A stretch of DNA of 35,660 nucleotides from a virus (lineage: Duplodnaviria; Caudoviricetes): positions 1 to 35,660 of the IMG/VR virus record IMGVR_UViG_3300037462_000906. One strand, given 5' to 3'. This document shows positions 17,540 through 27,159 of the stretch, in pieces (within the stretch, counting starts at the first letter, position 1; each line of letters opens with the position of its first letter). Below the pieces are notes generated by a model. It saw only the letters and a list, made by a program, of their open reading frames with translations. It was not told where the DNA came from and made no database searches. The position numbers and the translations under genes are program-made.

Positions 17540-17910
17540 TCCGCGTCCTCGAGCTGGTCGGCATCGCCATCCAGCCCGCGCACGATCGCCCAGGTGACGA
17601 TCCGCTGCGCTTCAAGCCGGCCGATGTCCTGGATGATCTTGCCCACCAGTTCGGGCGTGACATCGTGCTGATCGGCAAGCGCGTGGAACAGGACCATCCG
17701 GGTGGTGCTGTTGCGGATGCCCTTGAGCACCTCCAGCACCTTGCCCGGATCCTGCCGCTCGTGCTCGTCAAGCTGGACGAGGTAGGGCGCGACGACTTCA
17801 TAGAAGCCCTGGCCCGTCTCGTCCTCGATCGCGCAGGTCGCGTTGAAATCGAACCGCGCGATCCATTCCTGACCCAGCGCGGTGAAGCGCTTTTCGTCGA
17901 GACGGCTCAT
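17473..17910 (-). CDS. Tail assembly chaperone (gpG-like)
   Basis: RFDFNATCAIED motif; lies between tail tube and tape measure genes. Confidence 0.8.
   Translation of the reverse strand: MSRLDEKRFTALGQEWIARFDFNATCAIEDETGQGFYEVVAPYLVQLDEHERQDPGKVLEVLKGIRNSTTRMVLFHALADQHDVTPELVGKIIQDIGRLEAQRIVTWAIVRGLDGDADQLEDAEGNAASAPKPKPKRPKRAGVHG
17533..17539 (-). other. Programmed -1 frameshift slippery site G GGA AAC
   Basis: XXXYYYZ heptamer in the correct phase linking the G frame to the T frame. Confidence 0.8.
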
Positions 17911-18359
17911 TCGGGCGCCTCGGTGATGGGAGCGGCGGAGACCGGCTTCATGGTGATCTCAAAGGTGCGCTTGGCATCCTTCGGGTTCATCCGCTTGAGG
18001 TTGTAGAACAGCGAGGCGCCTTCGCAATGGAACACGTCCGCCCCTTCCTTGAGGACAATCCGGTATTCGACCGCGCCCTCCTCGTCATCGGCCGACTGGA
18101 GCAGCGCGTCGGACGCCGAGTTGATCACATAGTTGCCGCGGATGGTGACCGGCACGCCGTCCTTGAGCGGGAGCTTCTTCCACTCCTTCATGCCTTCGGT
18201 GTCGAAGCTGCTGGTCTCGTAGAGCTCGCGCTCGCTCGAGGTCGGCAGTTCCGGGATGTCATCGACTTCGGCGACCTTGGTCAGCGCGCCTGCGCCGATC
18301 TTGATCCACAGTTCGGAGCCGTGGCCGTGGGTGGTCTTCGAGAGTGGGGGAAGTGCCAT
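17907..18359 (-). CDS. Major tail tube protein
   Basis: ETSSFDTEGMKEWKKLPLKDG motif; synteny; AGGAG SD. Confidence 0.8.
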   Translation of the reverse strand: MALPPLSKTTHGHGSELWIKIGAGALTKVAEVDDIPELPTSSERELYETSSFDTEGMKEWKKLPLKDGVPVTIRGNYVINSASDALLQSADDEEGAVEYRIVLKEGADVFHCEGASLFYNLKRMNPKDAKRTFEITMKPVSAAPITEAPE

Positions 18360-18369
18360 TGCTGGTCTC

Positions 18370-18759
18370 CTAATTGTGCCAGATGATGAGATCGGTCCGC
18401 TCGCGGCAGAGGCGGCCGGTGGTGGTGCGCGCGGCGTCAGAGCCGCCGCCGTCGACAAAGCTGCGCAGGAAGATCGTGCCGTCCTGCTCGGCGTAAGGGA
18501 CCAGCGTGGCGATCACCGCGTTGCGCAGCGCGATCGCTTCCAGCTTGGTCCGGGCGAGGCAGTTGACCTGCACCCGGGTCGGCCAAAAGGGATCGAAGCC
18601 ATCGTGGTTCTGCGGGCGCTGATCGGTGATCGTCTCGAGCATGATCCCCGGCAGCGGGGAATCCGCCGCCAGTTCATCCCATTCGATGCTGCGCCCGGTG
18701 CGCTGATAGACCGCAGGCGCGGCCATCAGCCGGGCGACCAGAGCAGTTTCCCAGCTCAT
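18370..18759 (-). CDS. Tail completion/terminator protein (DUF3168-like)
   Basis: TRVQVNCLA..A..L motif; synteny. Confidence 0.75.
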   Translation of the reverse strand: MSWETALVARLMAAPAVYQRTGRSIEWDELAADSPLPGIMLETITDQRPQNHDGFDPFWPTRVQVNCLARTKLEAIALRNAVIATLVPYAEQDGTIFLRSFVDGGGSDAARTTTGRLCRERTDLIIWHN

Positions 18760-19259
18760 GCCCCGCCCCGCCGTTTCGCGAGCCGCGCGGCGACCCGCTC
18801 GATCTCGGGCCCGGCCACTTCGCCAAAGCGGCGGATCGTGGCCTCGCCCTCCTCGTCAAAGGCCGGGCGCATGAAAGGCTGGGCCTGTTCGGTCGGAGTG
18901 CCGAACTCTTTCATCGGTCCGACCCCGGCGACGCCCGGATCCCGGTAGGTTCCGCCCAGGCCGCGCCCTGATTTGGTCTTGCGCGGCACGATCATGGCGG
19001 GCTGGACGTTGGCATCGATCCCGATCACGATTCCGAATTCCGGGCTGTCGGGCCGCTCGCCCTTGGCTGCGCCCATCTTGACCGAACGCTTGAGGTCACC
19101 CTGGTCGACCGGCACTCTTGCCCGCGCCTTCTCCAGCATCGGCTGCGCCGCCTTTCGCAGCCCAGCGCGCAAGGCAGTGCGAACCGTCTTGGGATCACCC
19201 AGCTCGCGCAGGGCGTCCTGCAGCGCACCGAGCCCTTCGACCTCGATCTTCACGACCAA
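18756..19259 (-). CDS. HK97 gp10-family neck protein
   Basis: PVDQGDLKRS..EFGT..AQPFMRPAFD. Confidence 0.88.
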   Translation of the reverse strand: MVVKIEVEGLGALQDALRELGDPKTVRTALRAGLRKAAQPMLEKARARVPVDQGDLKRSVKMGAAKGERPDSPEFGIVIGIDANVQPAMIVPRKTKSGRGLGGTYRDPGVAGVGPMKEFGTPTEQAQPFMRPAFDEEGEATIRRFGEVAGPEIERVAARLAKRRGGA

Positions 19260-19591
19260 GCCTCCCCGGTGCTTTCGACCAGCAGCTCGATGCCTTCGCG
19301 GCGCTGCACTTCAAGCGGTGGCTGAATCAGTTCGAACCGTTCGCCATCGATGGCGACGCCGTCCGCGCTGGTGAGGGTGCGGGTCACGCTGTCGCGCCGG
19401 AGCCAGAGCGAATAGCGCGCAAAGCTGCGGCGCCCCTCGCCCTCCCCCCGCTCGCCTCCCGGGAGCGGCTTACGCGAGCACCACCGGGGATTGCCGAGCG
19501 CTTCCCAGATCTGGACGCGCTGCAGTCCATCGTGCGCCATGACCCGGCGCAGCAGCTGCACCTTGCGATCGAGCGCGCCGGACTTGAGCAT
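19250..19591 (-). CDS. Head-tail adaptor / head closure protein
   Basis: SGALDRKVQL N-terminus; synteny. Confidence 0.8.
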   Translation of the reverse strand: MLKSGALDRKVQLLRRVMAHDGLQRVQIWEALGNPRWCSRKPLPGGERGEGEGRRSFARYSLWLRRDSVTRTLTSADGVAIDGERFELIQPPLEVQRREGIELLVESTGEAWS

Positions 19592-19592
19592 C

Positions 19593-20189
19593 TCAGCCCC
19601 CGAAATCGCGCATCGAGGCGATGGTCTGCCTCAGGCCCCATGGAACCTCGGTCACGATGTTGCCGACGTTCACCGCCTCACGCGTGGCGTACCAGTGCGC
19701 GATCAGCTGCAGCGCGGCGATCTGGAAGGGCTCGGGCACGTCGGCCGGCGTGTTGCCGTAGCCTGCGGTCCAGGTGAGCGTGACTGAGTCCGGCCGCGTC
19801 GCCGGCAGCGGCCAGGCCAGCCCATCCTGCAGCTCGAGCGCGGGGCCCAGCGGCAGGCTGATCAGATGAAACCCGGTGAAGCTCGTCGGGGTGCCGAGCT
19901 GATCGACGTAGCTGATTGTCGGCGTGCCCTGTACCGGGCCCAGCGGGATCGGCAAATCGTCCCCCTCGGGGAAGTCCGAGAACCGCTGGCGCCAGCCCTG
20001 CGTGATCAGTGCGCGACCGAGCAGCCCGCCATAGCCGTCGAGATGATAACTGGCGCTGGCGATCAGCGTATTGAGAAGGGCGTTCTCCCCGGCCTCGTCC
20101 TCGTCGATGCGCAGGAATTCCTTGACCTGCGCAAGCGTGACGATGCCCGAGGCCGGAGCGGTCACCCGCTCCGGCCGTTGTGCGCGCAT
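19593..20189 (-). CDS. Head-tail connector (gp6-like)
   Basis: VTLAQVKEFLRID..AGYG..VP..LIAHWYATRE. Confidence 0.88.
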   Translation of the reverse strand: MRAQRPERVTAPASGIVTLAQVKEFLRIDEDEAGENALLNTLIASASYHLDGYGGLLGRALITQGWRQRFSDFPEGDDLPIPLGPVQGTPTISYVDQLGTPTSFTGFHLISLPLGPALELQDGLAWPLPATRPDSVTLTWTAGYGNTPADVPEPFQIAALQLIAHWYATREAVNVGNIVTEVPWGLRQTIASMRDFGG

Positions 20190-20192
20190 CGC

Positions 20193-20627
20193 TTAATCGC
20201 TGACGCGCTCGAGGTCGAGCACGGTGCTGTGATTGGTCACGGGCACACGGCGCGGCTTGAGGATCGCGATGATCGGACCGTAGGCGATGTTGGCGGTGAG
20301 CGAGGAGCGGACCGCCTGAAGGTAACGCTTGGCCGGGCGGGCGACTTCGACGATCAGCATCTTGTCGTTGATGTCGTCATTGACGGCGCAGGTGGCAGTC
20401 GCGGCCGCACCGGTGACCGCGGCCATGCCGCTGTCGCTGTCCGCGTCGTTGGCTTCGACGGTGAGCGTGGCAACGCCGGTGGCGACGCTGTCGGTCACCA
20501 TGGCGATGAAGGTCACGCTCTCGTAATCCGTCATATCGATGCGGTCGGAGTTGTTGTCGATCGTCGCGCCGGCGGCGACAGGCGCGCCGACTTCGCGGAT
20601 CTCGAAGTTCTGGGTGAAGTTGTGCAT
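20193..20627 (-). CDS. Probable capsid decoration/cement protein
   Basis: IDMTDYESVTF..KRYL motif, directly after the capsid gene; GGAGG SD. Confidence 0.6.
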   Translation of the reverse strand: MHNFTQNFEIREVGAPVAAGATIDNNSDRIDMTDYESVTFIAMVTDSVATGVATLTVEANDADSDSGMAAVTGAAATATCAVNDDINDKMLIVEVARPAKRYLQAVRSSLTANIAYGPIIAILKPRRVPVTNHSTVLDLERVSD

Positions 20628-20650
20628 GGGTGCCTCCAAAGGGCGCGGGG

Positions 20651-20685
20651 AAAGGAAAAGGGGCGACGCGCGCGGCGCCGCCCCC
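20651..20685 (-). terminator. Terminator after the major capsid gene
   Basis: GC stem GGGGCGGCG/CGTCGCCCC followed by TTTTCCTTT on the minus strand. Confidence 0.6.
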
Positions 20686-20702
20686 AGGTTGTTGGCCCAG
20701 CC

Positions 20703-22112
20703 TTACGAGGCCGAGAACTTCATCGCCTTGATGGCCTCGAAGTTGACCACCGCCCCGCCGACGCGGCGGGTCGAGTAGAACTTGACGAACGGCTTGGCGG
20801 TGTAGGGATCGCGCAGCGTGCGGGTGCCCTGACGGTCGACGATCTGGTAGCCCTCGTTGAAGTTGCCGAAGAACAGCGAGAGCGAACCGGTCGCCAGAGC
20901 CGCAAGATCCTCGGCGCGCACGATCGGGTAACCCGCCAGCTGCTCGGGCTCGCCCAGCACAAGGCTCGGCTGCCAGAGGTACTGGCCCTGCCCGTCCTTG
21001 AACTTGCGGATGGCGGTGACGACCTGCCGCTTGGTGACGAACACCGCGCCCTGCAGGTAGGCCGACTTCACGAGGCCGATCAGATCATGGATCTTGTCGG
21101 CCGGGTTCGAAGCGGCGAAGCCACCGTTGGCCCCCGAGATCACGTGACCGATCTTGCCCCAGTCGACGCCGGTGCCGTCATCGGCCGCGGTCTCATAGCT
21201 GGCGAAGCCGCGCGGCTTGCGGATGCCGTTGCCGGTGACGAAGGCCGAGTTCTCGATGCGGCCGAAGCGCATGCCGACCTTGTCGCCCAGCCAGGCCTCG
21301 ACGTTGACCGAGGCATCGTCGAGCAGCTTCTGGGTCGCACGCGGTTCGGCGTACATTTCGTGCACCGGGATCTCCCACTCGCCCAGCTTCGGGGTGCTGG
21401 TCTCTGAACGGGCTTCGGTTTCCCCGACCCAGCCTGCGGTCGCTTCCTCGAGGTCTTCCATCCCTTCGAGCTTGTCGGTCGAGATGGTCTGGACGTTGGC
21501 GATGCGGCGGATGTCGCTGGTCTCGTAGATCTTCTTGACCATCCGCCCGGTGGTGTCCGGGGTGACGAGGAAGCCGCCATCGGCGTCCGAGCCGACCGAC
21601 ATCGCCTTCAGCTCGTCCGCATCGAGCGCGTCCTTGCCGTAGCGCAGCTCCTTGGCGCGGGCCTTGCGGTAATCCTCGAGGCCCTTGTGATCGAGCGGGG
21701 TGAAGTCGCGCCGGCGATCGGCAGCAAGCGCCGCCATCGCAAGGTTCACTTCCTTCAGCTCGAGCTCGGCCTTGGCGGCGTCGCCGTCACCCTTGACGTT
21801 GTGGCGCTGCAGGCGAAGTTCGAGATCCTCGCGCTCCTTGCGCTCGGCCTGGATCTGCGCCTCAAGCGCGTTCTTGGCTTCGGTCGCCTTGTTGAGCTGA
21901 TCGTCGATCTTGCTGAGGCGGTCGAGCAGTACCGGATCAGCCGTGCCCTTGCGCTTCAGCTCTGCCATCTCTTCGGCGTGGCTGGACTTGAACGCCTCGA
22001 CCGCCTCGGCGATCTGCTTGATCGCGGCGGCCGGATCGGTGGGCAGGCCAGCATCCTTCTGTTCGAAGGGCGCGTTGGAGCGTTCCTGCTCCAGCAGGTT
22101 CTTGGTCTTCAT
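20703..22112 (-). CDS. HK97-family major capsid protein
   Basis: Coiled-coil delta domain, DGGFLVTP, GNGIRKPRG, RDPYTAKPFVKFYSTRRVGG. Confidence 0.96.
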   Translation of the reverse strand: MKTKNLLEQERSNAPFEQKDAGLPTDPAAAIKQIAEAVEAFKSSHAEEMAELKRKGTADPVLLDRLSKIDDQLNKATEAKNALEAQIQAERKEREDLELRLQRHNVKGDGDAAKAELELKEVNLAMAALAADRRRDFTPLDHKGLEDYRKARAKELRYGKDALDADELKAMSVGSDADGGFLVTPDTTGRMVKKIYETSDIRRIANVQTISTDKLEGMEDLEEATAGWVGETEARSETSTPKLGEWEIPVHEMYAEPRATQKLLDDASVNVEAWLGDKVGMRFGRIENSAFVTGNGIRKPRGFASYETAADDGTGVDWGKIGHVISGANGGFAASNPADKIHDLIGLVKSAYLQGAVFVTKRQVVTAIRKFKDGQGQYLWQPSLVLGEPEQLAGYPIVRAEDLAALATGSLSLFFGNFNEGYQIVDRQGTRTLRDPYTAKPFVKFYSTRRVGGAVVNFEAIKAMKFSAS

Positions 22113-22139
22113 GGTCGGTCCTTTCGGGGGGTGAGGGTG

Positions 22140-22877
22140 TCAGCCGATCTGCAGCGCACGCAGCAGATCGGCGGTTGCGTCGTTCAGACGCTGGAGCTGA
22201 TCATCACCCTCCCGGTGATCGATCGCCGTGAAGCCCTTGGCGACAATCGCCTTGGCCTCGTTCGAGGAGAAGCCCGCCTCTCGCAGGGCGCTCTCCGCAT
22301 CTCGGATGGTCAGCCCGCCGCCCGACTTGATCGAGCCGATGCGGGCTTTGGGGTTGGCCGGGAAGGTGACGAGCGAGATCTCGACCAGCTCGACCTCGTG
22401 CAGCGTCCGGCGGGGTTCCTCGGGCTTGGTGCCCATCGTGAACTTCTTGGCGCGGTAGCCGATCGACAGGCCGGTCAGCGCCGGCCGCGGCTTCATCTTC
22501 ATCAGCCCCAGCGCCTCGTTGCCGCGCTGGGTATCAGCGATCACGCCGGTGACGAACAGGCCGTTGTCGTCCTCGTCCATCTCGGTATAGATCCCGACCG
22601 GGGTGAGATCGTCGGCCGACATCGCCCAGCCACCGTGCTGCATCAGCATCGCCGGCCAGTTGCCGCTGCGCTTGGCCTCGCGGATGGTCTTCTTGAACGC
22701 GCCCTTCTCGATCACGTCACCGTAGGAATCGAGGTTGCCGAACACCGCGCCATAGCCGGTGAAGGTGCGCCCCTCCTGACCATCGTCGCCGGCAAACTTC
22801 ACCTCGCACAGCGGAAACTCGCTGCGCTGGATGCCGCCGGACTTCACCTCGATCGGGGCCAGGTCAATTGCTCGCAT
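22140..22877 (-). CDS. HK97-family prohead protease
   Basis: FTGYGAVFGNLDSYGD, GLSIGY, EISLVTFPAN. Confidence 0.95.
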   Translation of the reverse strand: MRAIDLAPIEVKSGGIQRSEFPLCEVKFAGDDGQEGRTFTGYGAVFGNLDSYGDVIEKGAFKKTIREAKRSGNWPAMLMQHGGWAMSADDLTPVGIYTEMDEDDNGLFVTGVIADTQRGNEALGLMKMKPRPALTGLSIGYRAKKFTMGTKPEEPRRTLHEVELVEISLVTFPANPKARIGSIKSGGGLTIRDAESALREAGFSSNEAKAIVAKGFTAIDHREGDDQLQRLNDATADLLRALQIG

Positions 22878-24114
22878 TGGGATCCTCGTTTGCAGGGGCA
22901 GCGCCCGGTTCGGGGTTCATTGCGCCGCGGCTCAACTGGTCGGCATCGCCGCCGCGCGGTGCCAGCTCCTCGAGCCCGCGGACCTCGTCCTGCGTCATCC
23001 ACGCCGGCGTGCCCCCGGCGCCGAGCGCCTTGGAGTAGAAGTCCCCGCGATCCTTGGCCGCGCCGCGCATCAGCGCGTTGGGGTTGAACTTGGTATAGAG
23101 CCCGGCCGCCCGCTCCTCGGCCGTCAGCAGATTGACGTCTGCCGACTGCTCAAGGCGTTCATACCAAGGCATCAAAGTATGAACGACGTGCGCGAGGAAC
23201 ATCTGCTCTGCGCTGGCATAGGTCGCGGCCTTGTCGGACTGCCCGACCATGATCGGCATGACGCGCATCGCGCGGCACACTTCCTCGACCTGGTAACGCC
23301 GGGTCTCGAGGTGCTGCGCGTCGACGCCCGACATCGAGGTCTTCTCAAACTTCGCCCCGTTGTCGAGCAGCAGGGTCTCGCCTTCGCGTTTGCCGCCGGC
23401 TTTGAACTCGTCCATCCACGCGGCGAGCTGGTCGAACTTATCCTTGGTCAGCTGGTTCTGGACCGTGTAAATCCCCGAAACGCGCGCCCCGCCCTTGTGC
23501 AGGTCCGCGTGCGCGCTCTCAGTCGCCAGCGACAGGCCCAGCGCCTCGCGGGCGAGCCGGGTGATGTCGAGCCCCTTCCAGCTGTTCCAGCTCGGCCCGC
23601 GCACGTGCCAGACATCCTCGGCCGGGATCTCCCGCTCGCTGCCGTTCTCAGGCCGGTAGTGATACCGCAGCCGCGCATCATCGCCGCGCTCGACCCGCAT
23701 GTATCCCGGCTCGAACGGTTCGAGGCTGGCAAGCCGCCGCGCCGATCCCACGCGCAGCTTCTGCAGGAAGGCGTCGCCCCCCAGCACCACGTGGAACATC
23801 AGCGTCTCGCGAAACTCAAAGCTGGTCTGCCACGGATTCGGTCGGCGATAGAGCAGATCGTAGACCGGGTGGTCGCGCTTCTCGATCAGCCCGGGCCCGC
23901 CCTCGTGCAACTTCCACGGCACCTGCGCCACACCTTCGGCCAGCACGCGCGCGCAGCCGAGCATCGTCGTCACCTGCAGCGCGGTCTGCCAGGTGATGCG
24001 CTGGCCGGAGCCCGACATCACCCCGCCCCCGATAAGGCGCGCCAGGTCGCGGCTCGACATCTTGGCCTCGCCCGCCGCGCTCGGCGCAAACAGGCTGCCG
24101 ATCAAACCCTTCAT
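22864..24114 (-). CDS. HK97-family portal protein
   Basis: RPNPWQTSFEFRE, DAQHLETR, EVRGLEEL motifs. Confidence 0.95.
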   Translation of the reverse strand: MKGLIGSLFAPSAAGEAKMSSRDLARLIGGGVMSGSGQRITWQTALQVTTMLGCARVLAEGVAQVPWKLHEGGPGLIEKRDHPVYDLLYRRPNPWQTSFEFRETLMFHVVLGGDAFLQKLRVGSARRLASLEPFEPGYMRVERGDDARLRYHYRPENGSEREIPAEDVWHVRGPSWNSWKGLDITRLAREALGLSLATESAHADLHKGGARVSGIYTVQNQLTKDKFDQLAAWMDEFKAGGKREGETLLLDNGAKFEKTSMSGVDAQHLETRRYQVEEVCRAMRVMPIMVGQSDKAATYASAEQMFLAHVVHTLMPWYERLEQSADVNLLTAEERAAGLYTKFNPNALMRGAAKDRGDFYSKALGAGGTPAWMTQDEVRGLEELAPRGGDADQLSRGAMNPEPGAAPANEDPNASN

Positions 24115-24311
24115 GCAGCGCGCCGCGCTGCCAACAGGCTGAGCCCCAGCAGGATCAGCCCGGCCACGATCCACGCGGTCGGCCGGTGGATCTGGTCAAT
24201 GCCGTGCACCACCATCAAAGCGCCGGCAAGGCTGGCAAGATCAATGCTCGCAGCGCGCGCAATCGCAGCCGCCCGCTCAGCGAGCGGCGGCTGCGGCGAT
24301 TTCAATGTCAT
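24111..24311 (-). CDS. Small membrane protein between terL and portal
   Basis: 66 aa, hydrophobic, overlapping both neighbours. Confidence 0.6.
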   Translation of the reverse strand: MTLKSPQPPLAERAAAIARAASIDLASLAGALMVVHGIDQIHRPTAWIVAGLILLGLSLLAARRAA

Positions 24312-26038
24312 GCGTTCATTTCCTCCCAGAAACTCCGGGTCGATTCCGTGCCGACCATCGAAGCCCCCATCGCCATGATCAGCGCCACCGGGCTGTCGAT
24401 CTTCGCCTCGGGCACAAGCTTCCTCGGGAACACGTTATCGTTGGCGTCCAGCTTCGCGACGACGTTGTTCATCTGCCATTCCATGACCGGGCAGCCCCCG
24501 TGCGCGATCACGCCCGACCGGGTGACCGCGTCGAGCTCCTTCATCGCCAGCGACATGTTCGCCACCGTCTGCCGGTACTCCAGCATCGGCAGGCCCTCCG
24601 CCATCATCCGCTGCGCGAGTTGCTGCGCATTCCACGGGTCATGCGCGACCGCGTCAATCTCGAGGAACTTCGCCAGCTCGCGCAGGGCGTCCTCGATGTT
24701 CTCGAAGTCGGTGACCGGCCCGTTGGTGACGTCGAGCAGATCGGCCGCGTCCCAAGCTTGGTAAGAGGGCCGCTTTTCGACCGTGTCTGCCGGCAGGAAG
24801 TATCGGCCCGCGCGGATGAACGGGTCATCCGGCGTTGCCTTCTCGCCGATCGGCAGCAGCAGCACCTCAAGTGCAGCAATGTCGATTTTGGTGGCAAGGT
24901 CCAGCCCCAGCACGGCCCGGCGGCCGCGCCACTGCTCGACATTGAGCAGCTCCCGCCCTATCAGCGGCACCCGATCATCACGGCATCGCCGCCACGCCTC
25001 AATGTCGAAGTACGCGGTCTTCGCCGCCACCCACAGATTCAGGCACTTGGTCTTGAACCCCGGCGCCTCGCGATGGTTGCGAATCGCGTCGCGTTGCCGC
25101 GCCAGCAGATAGTCCGCCCCGACCGACACACCCATGTTCGGGTTGGCCTTCCAGAGCGCCGCCTCACTTTTCCAGTCGTCCTCCTCGTCGATCGTGTACT
25201 CGACAAAAAAGGTCTCGTGGTCGACCGGGAACACCCCGCCTTCGCAGCCGATCCCGGCGAGCTTGTCGCGCTCCTCAAGGATCAGCGCGTAGCACGGCCC
25301 GCCAAGGTTATACCCCGCAGTCGTGATGATGATCTGCATCGGCTGCTCGCGCGCGCCCATGCCGAGCCACATCGCCTCGACCTGCCGGTCATCGTCGTGC
25401 TCGTGGTACTCGTCATGCACCGAGGCGCTTGGGTTCTGCCCGTCGCCCGGGTTGCCGATCATTGTCTCGAATTTCGAACCGTCGGCGTGGCGGACCATCG
25501 CTTTGGCCAGCACTTCGATTCCCAGCGCCGATCGCAAGCTGGATAGCCGCTGGACCATCTTCTGCGCGGGCTCGAAGGCCAGCTTGGCCTTCCACTCGTT
25601 CGTGCACCCGGCGTAGACTTCGGCCCCCGGCTCGCCGTCCATGCAGAACATGTAGAGCCCCGCACCCGAGGCGATGATCGACTTGCCGTTCTTGCGCGGC
25701 ACTACAAGGAACAGTCGCCGATATCGGCGCAGCCCGTTGGCCTTGCGCAGCCACCCGAAAGCGTTGGCGAAGATCCAAATCTGCCACGGCTCGAGAACGA
25801 TGTCCTCTTTTGCGCGGGCGTTCGGCCCTTTGATGTGCGGCAGACACTCGATGAAAGCGCAGAACCGCGCAGCCTTGCGAGGCTCGAAGCGGAAGGGGAA
25901 CTCTTTGCGCCGCTGCTCCTTCAGCTCCTCGAGGAACCGCTCGCACTGGAGCCGAATCCATTTGCAGGCTGGCTGCTTCCCGCTGACGACGTCGCGCGCA
26001 TACTGCCTGGCGATCGCCGCGTAGTCTTTGGTCTCCAC
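24308..26038 (-). CDS. terL: Terminase large subunit
   Basis: LEPWQ, PRKNGKS Walker A, HDEYH Walker B, GLDLA and KIDSPVA nuclease motifs. Confidence 0.96.
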   Translation of the reverse strand: METKDYAAIARQYARDVVSGKQPACKWIRLQCERFLEELKEQRRKEFPFRFEPRKAARFCAFIECLPHIKGPNARAKEDIVLEPWQIWIFANAFGWLRKANGLRRYRRLFLVVPRKNGKSIIASGAGLYMFCMDGEPGAEVYAGCTNEWKAKLAFEPAQKMVQRLSSLRSALGIEVLAKAMVRHADGSKFETMIGNPGDGQNPSASVHDEYHEHDDDRQVEAMWLGMGAREQPMQIIITTAGYNLGGPCYALILEERDKLAGIGCEGGVFPVDHETFFVEYTIDEEDDWKSEAALWKANPNMGVSVGADYLLARQRDAIRNHREAPGFKTKCLNLWVAAKTAYFDIEAWRRCRDDRVPLIGRELLNVEQWRGRRAVLGLDLATKIDIAALEVLLLPIGEKATPDDPFIRAGRYFLPADTVEKRPSYQAWDAADLLDVTNGPVTDFENIEDALRELAKFLEIDAVAHDPWNAQQLAQRMMAEGLPMLEYRQTVANMSLAMKELDAVTRSGVIAHGGCPVMEWQMNNVVAKLDANDNVFPRKLVPEAKIDSPVALIMAMGASMVGTESTRSFWEEMNA

Positions 26039-26047
26039 ATAGATCCT

Positions 26048-26536
26048 CTACAGATCGAGGAGGGCCTTGAACGGGTTGTCCTCGGGCTTCTGGCCCTCGC
26101 CGAGGCGGAGCGCCGTCGCCGGCGTGATCATCAATTCGCCGAGCAGAGCGTGCGCATGCCGCATCGCATCGCTCAACATCTTCACTTCGGGTCGCTGGCG
26201 AACGATGTGTCCGTGTGCGGTTTCGCTCTCATAGGTGTCGCCCTCGCACTCGAGCACGGCCTTCCAGCGCTGGATCTGCCCGAGACGCTGCGCCAGCAAG
26301 GCGACAATCTCGACGTAGTGCGGCGATGCCCGACCCTGCTGCTCGAGGATCTGTACGATCGACCCGAACAGCAGCTGCTCCAGTTCGCCCAGGTGCATCG
26401 GCGCCTGCATGCTGCCCACGACAACCGGCGGCGGCGCTTCGCCATCCCGGTCGCTGCGATCGGTCCCACGCAAACGCTTGACGGCAGGCTCGATCCGCTT
26501 ACGACCAGAGTTCGGTCGGGAACCTCCGCGGGCCAT
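26048..26536 (-). CDS. terS: Terminase small subunit (P27-like)
   Basis: RGGSRPNSGRK N-terminus, RPEV..LGELMITPA; directly upstream of terL. Confidence 0.88.
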   Translation of the reverse strand: MARGGSRPNSGRKRIEPAVKRLRGTDRSDRDGEAPPPVVVGSMQAPMHLGELEQLLFGSIVQILEQQGRASPHYVEIVALLAQRLGQIQRWKAVLECEGDTYESETAHGHIVRQRPEVKMLSDAMRHAHALLGELMITPATALRLGEGQKPEDNPFKALLDL

Positions 26537-26539
26537 CTT

Positions 26540-26630
26540 TTTACCTTTTGAAATCGCCCGCGCAAAAATTTGGTTAGGGCGGCGGTGTCCCTAGTGATCG
26601 CCCCCAGAGATCGATCCACCCCCCCCATGC
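26540..26630. other. Candidate cos packaging site
   Basis: GGGCGGCGGT at 26577-26586 next to an AT-rich tract between HNH and terS, the usual position in HK97-like phages. Confidence 0.5.
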
Positions 26631-26935
26631 TGAGCCTCGGTCCGCTCCCGCGCCGACTTGGCATCGTGGCACGGAACGCACAGCCCCTGCTGGTTCCCGC
26701 GCGAGTTATCCCCGCCCGCTGCCAGAGGCACGATGTGGTCGACCACCGTCGCCTGCACCCGCTTGCCCTCAGCCAAGCACAAGCGACAGAACGGCTCCTC
26801 GAGCAGCACCTGCGCCCGCATCCGCTGCCCGGCCCGCCCGCGCACCCGCTTGTCCCGATAGGTCACGCGCCGCTCCCACGGCTCCCTTTCCCGCCAGCCC
26901 GGAGGCCGGAACACCGGAGGCCGCTCGGCCATCAA
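26591..26935 (-). CDS. HNH endonuclease (terminase-associated)
   Basis: CRLC..VDHIVP..NQQGLCVPCHDAKS. Confidence 0.92.
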   Translation of the reverse strand: MMAERPPVFRPPGWREREPWERRVTYRDKRVRGRAGQRMRAQVLLEEPFCRLCLAEGKRVQATVVDHIVPLAAGGDNSRGNQQGLCVPCHDAKSARERTEAQHGGGGSISGGDH

Positions 26936-27159
26936 TCCACCTCGACGCCGAGCGCCTGCAAATTCCTGTCGACATGAGCGATCTGCGCGCGAACCTCGGC
27001 CATGATCACCGGCCGCACGACGGCCACCACATCGGGCCCAGCTATCGCCGCCCCGACCGAAAGGTTGATCAGCCCCAGATCCGCCGCATCAAGCATCGCC
27101 TCAAGCTTCTGGCGCCGCGCGATCAGATCCATCACCGCCGGCAGCTGGGTCGCCTTCAC
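26932..27159 (-). CDS. Hypothetical protein
   Basis: 75 aa from a GTG overlapping the gam stop; coupled to HNH. Confidence 0.6.
   Translation of the reverse strand: MKATQLPAVMDLIARRQKLEAMLDAADLGLINLSVGAAIAGPDVVAVVRPVIMAEVRAQIAHVDRNLQALGVEVD

Noticed and set aside
20703-26038. Gene transfer agent cluster
   Set aside because: Integrases, cI/cro switch, HNH with a cos-type terminase and a long tape measure gene indicate a genuine temperate phage
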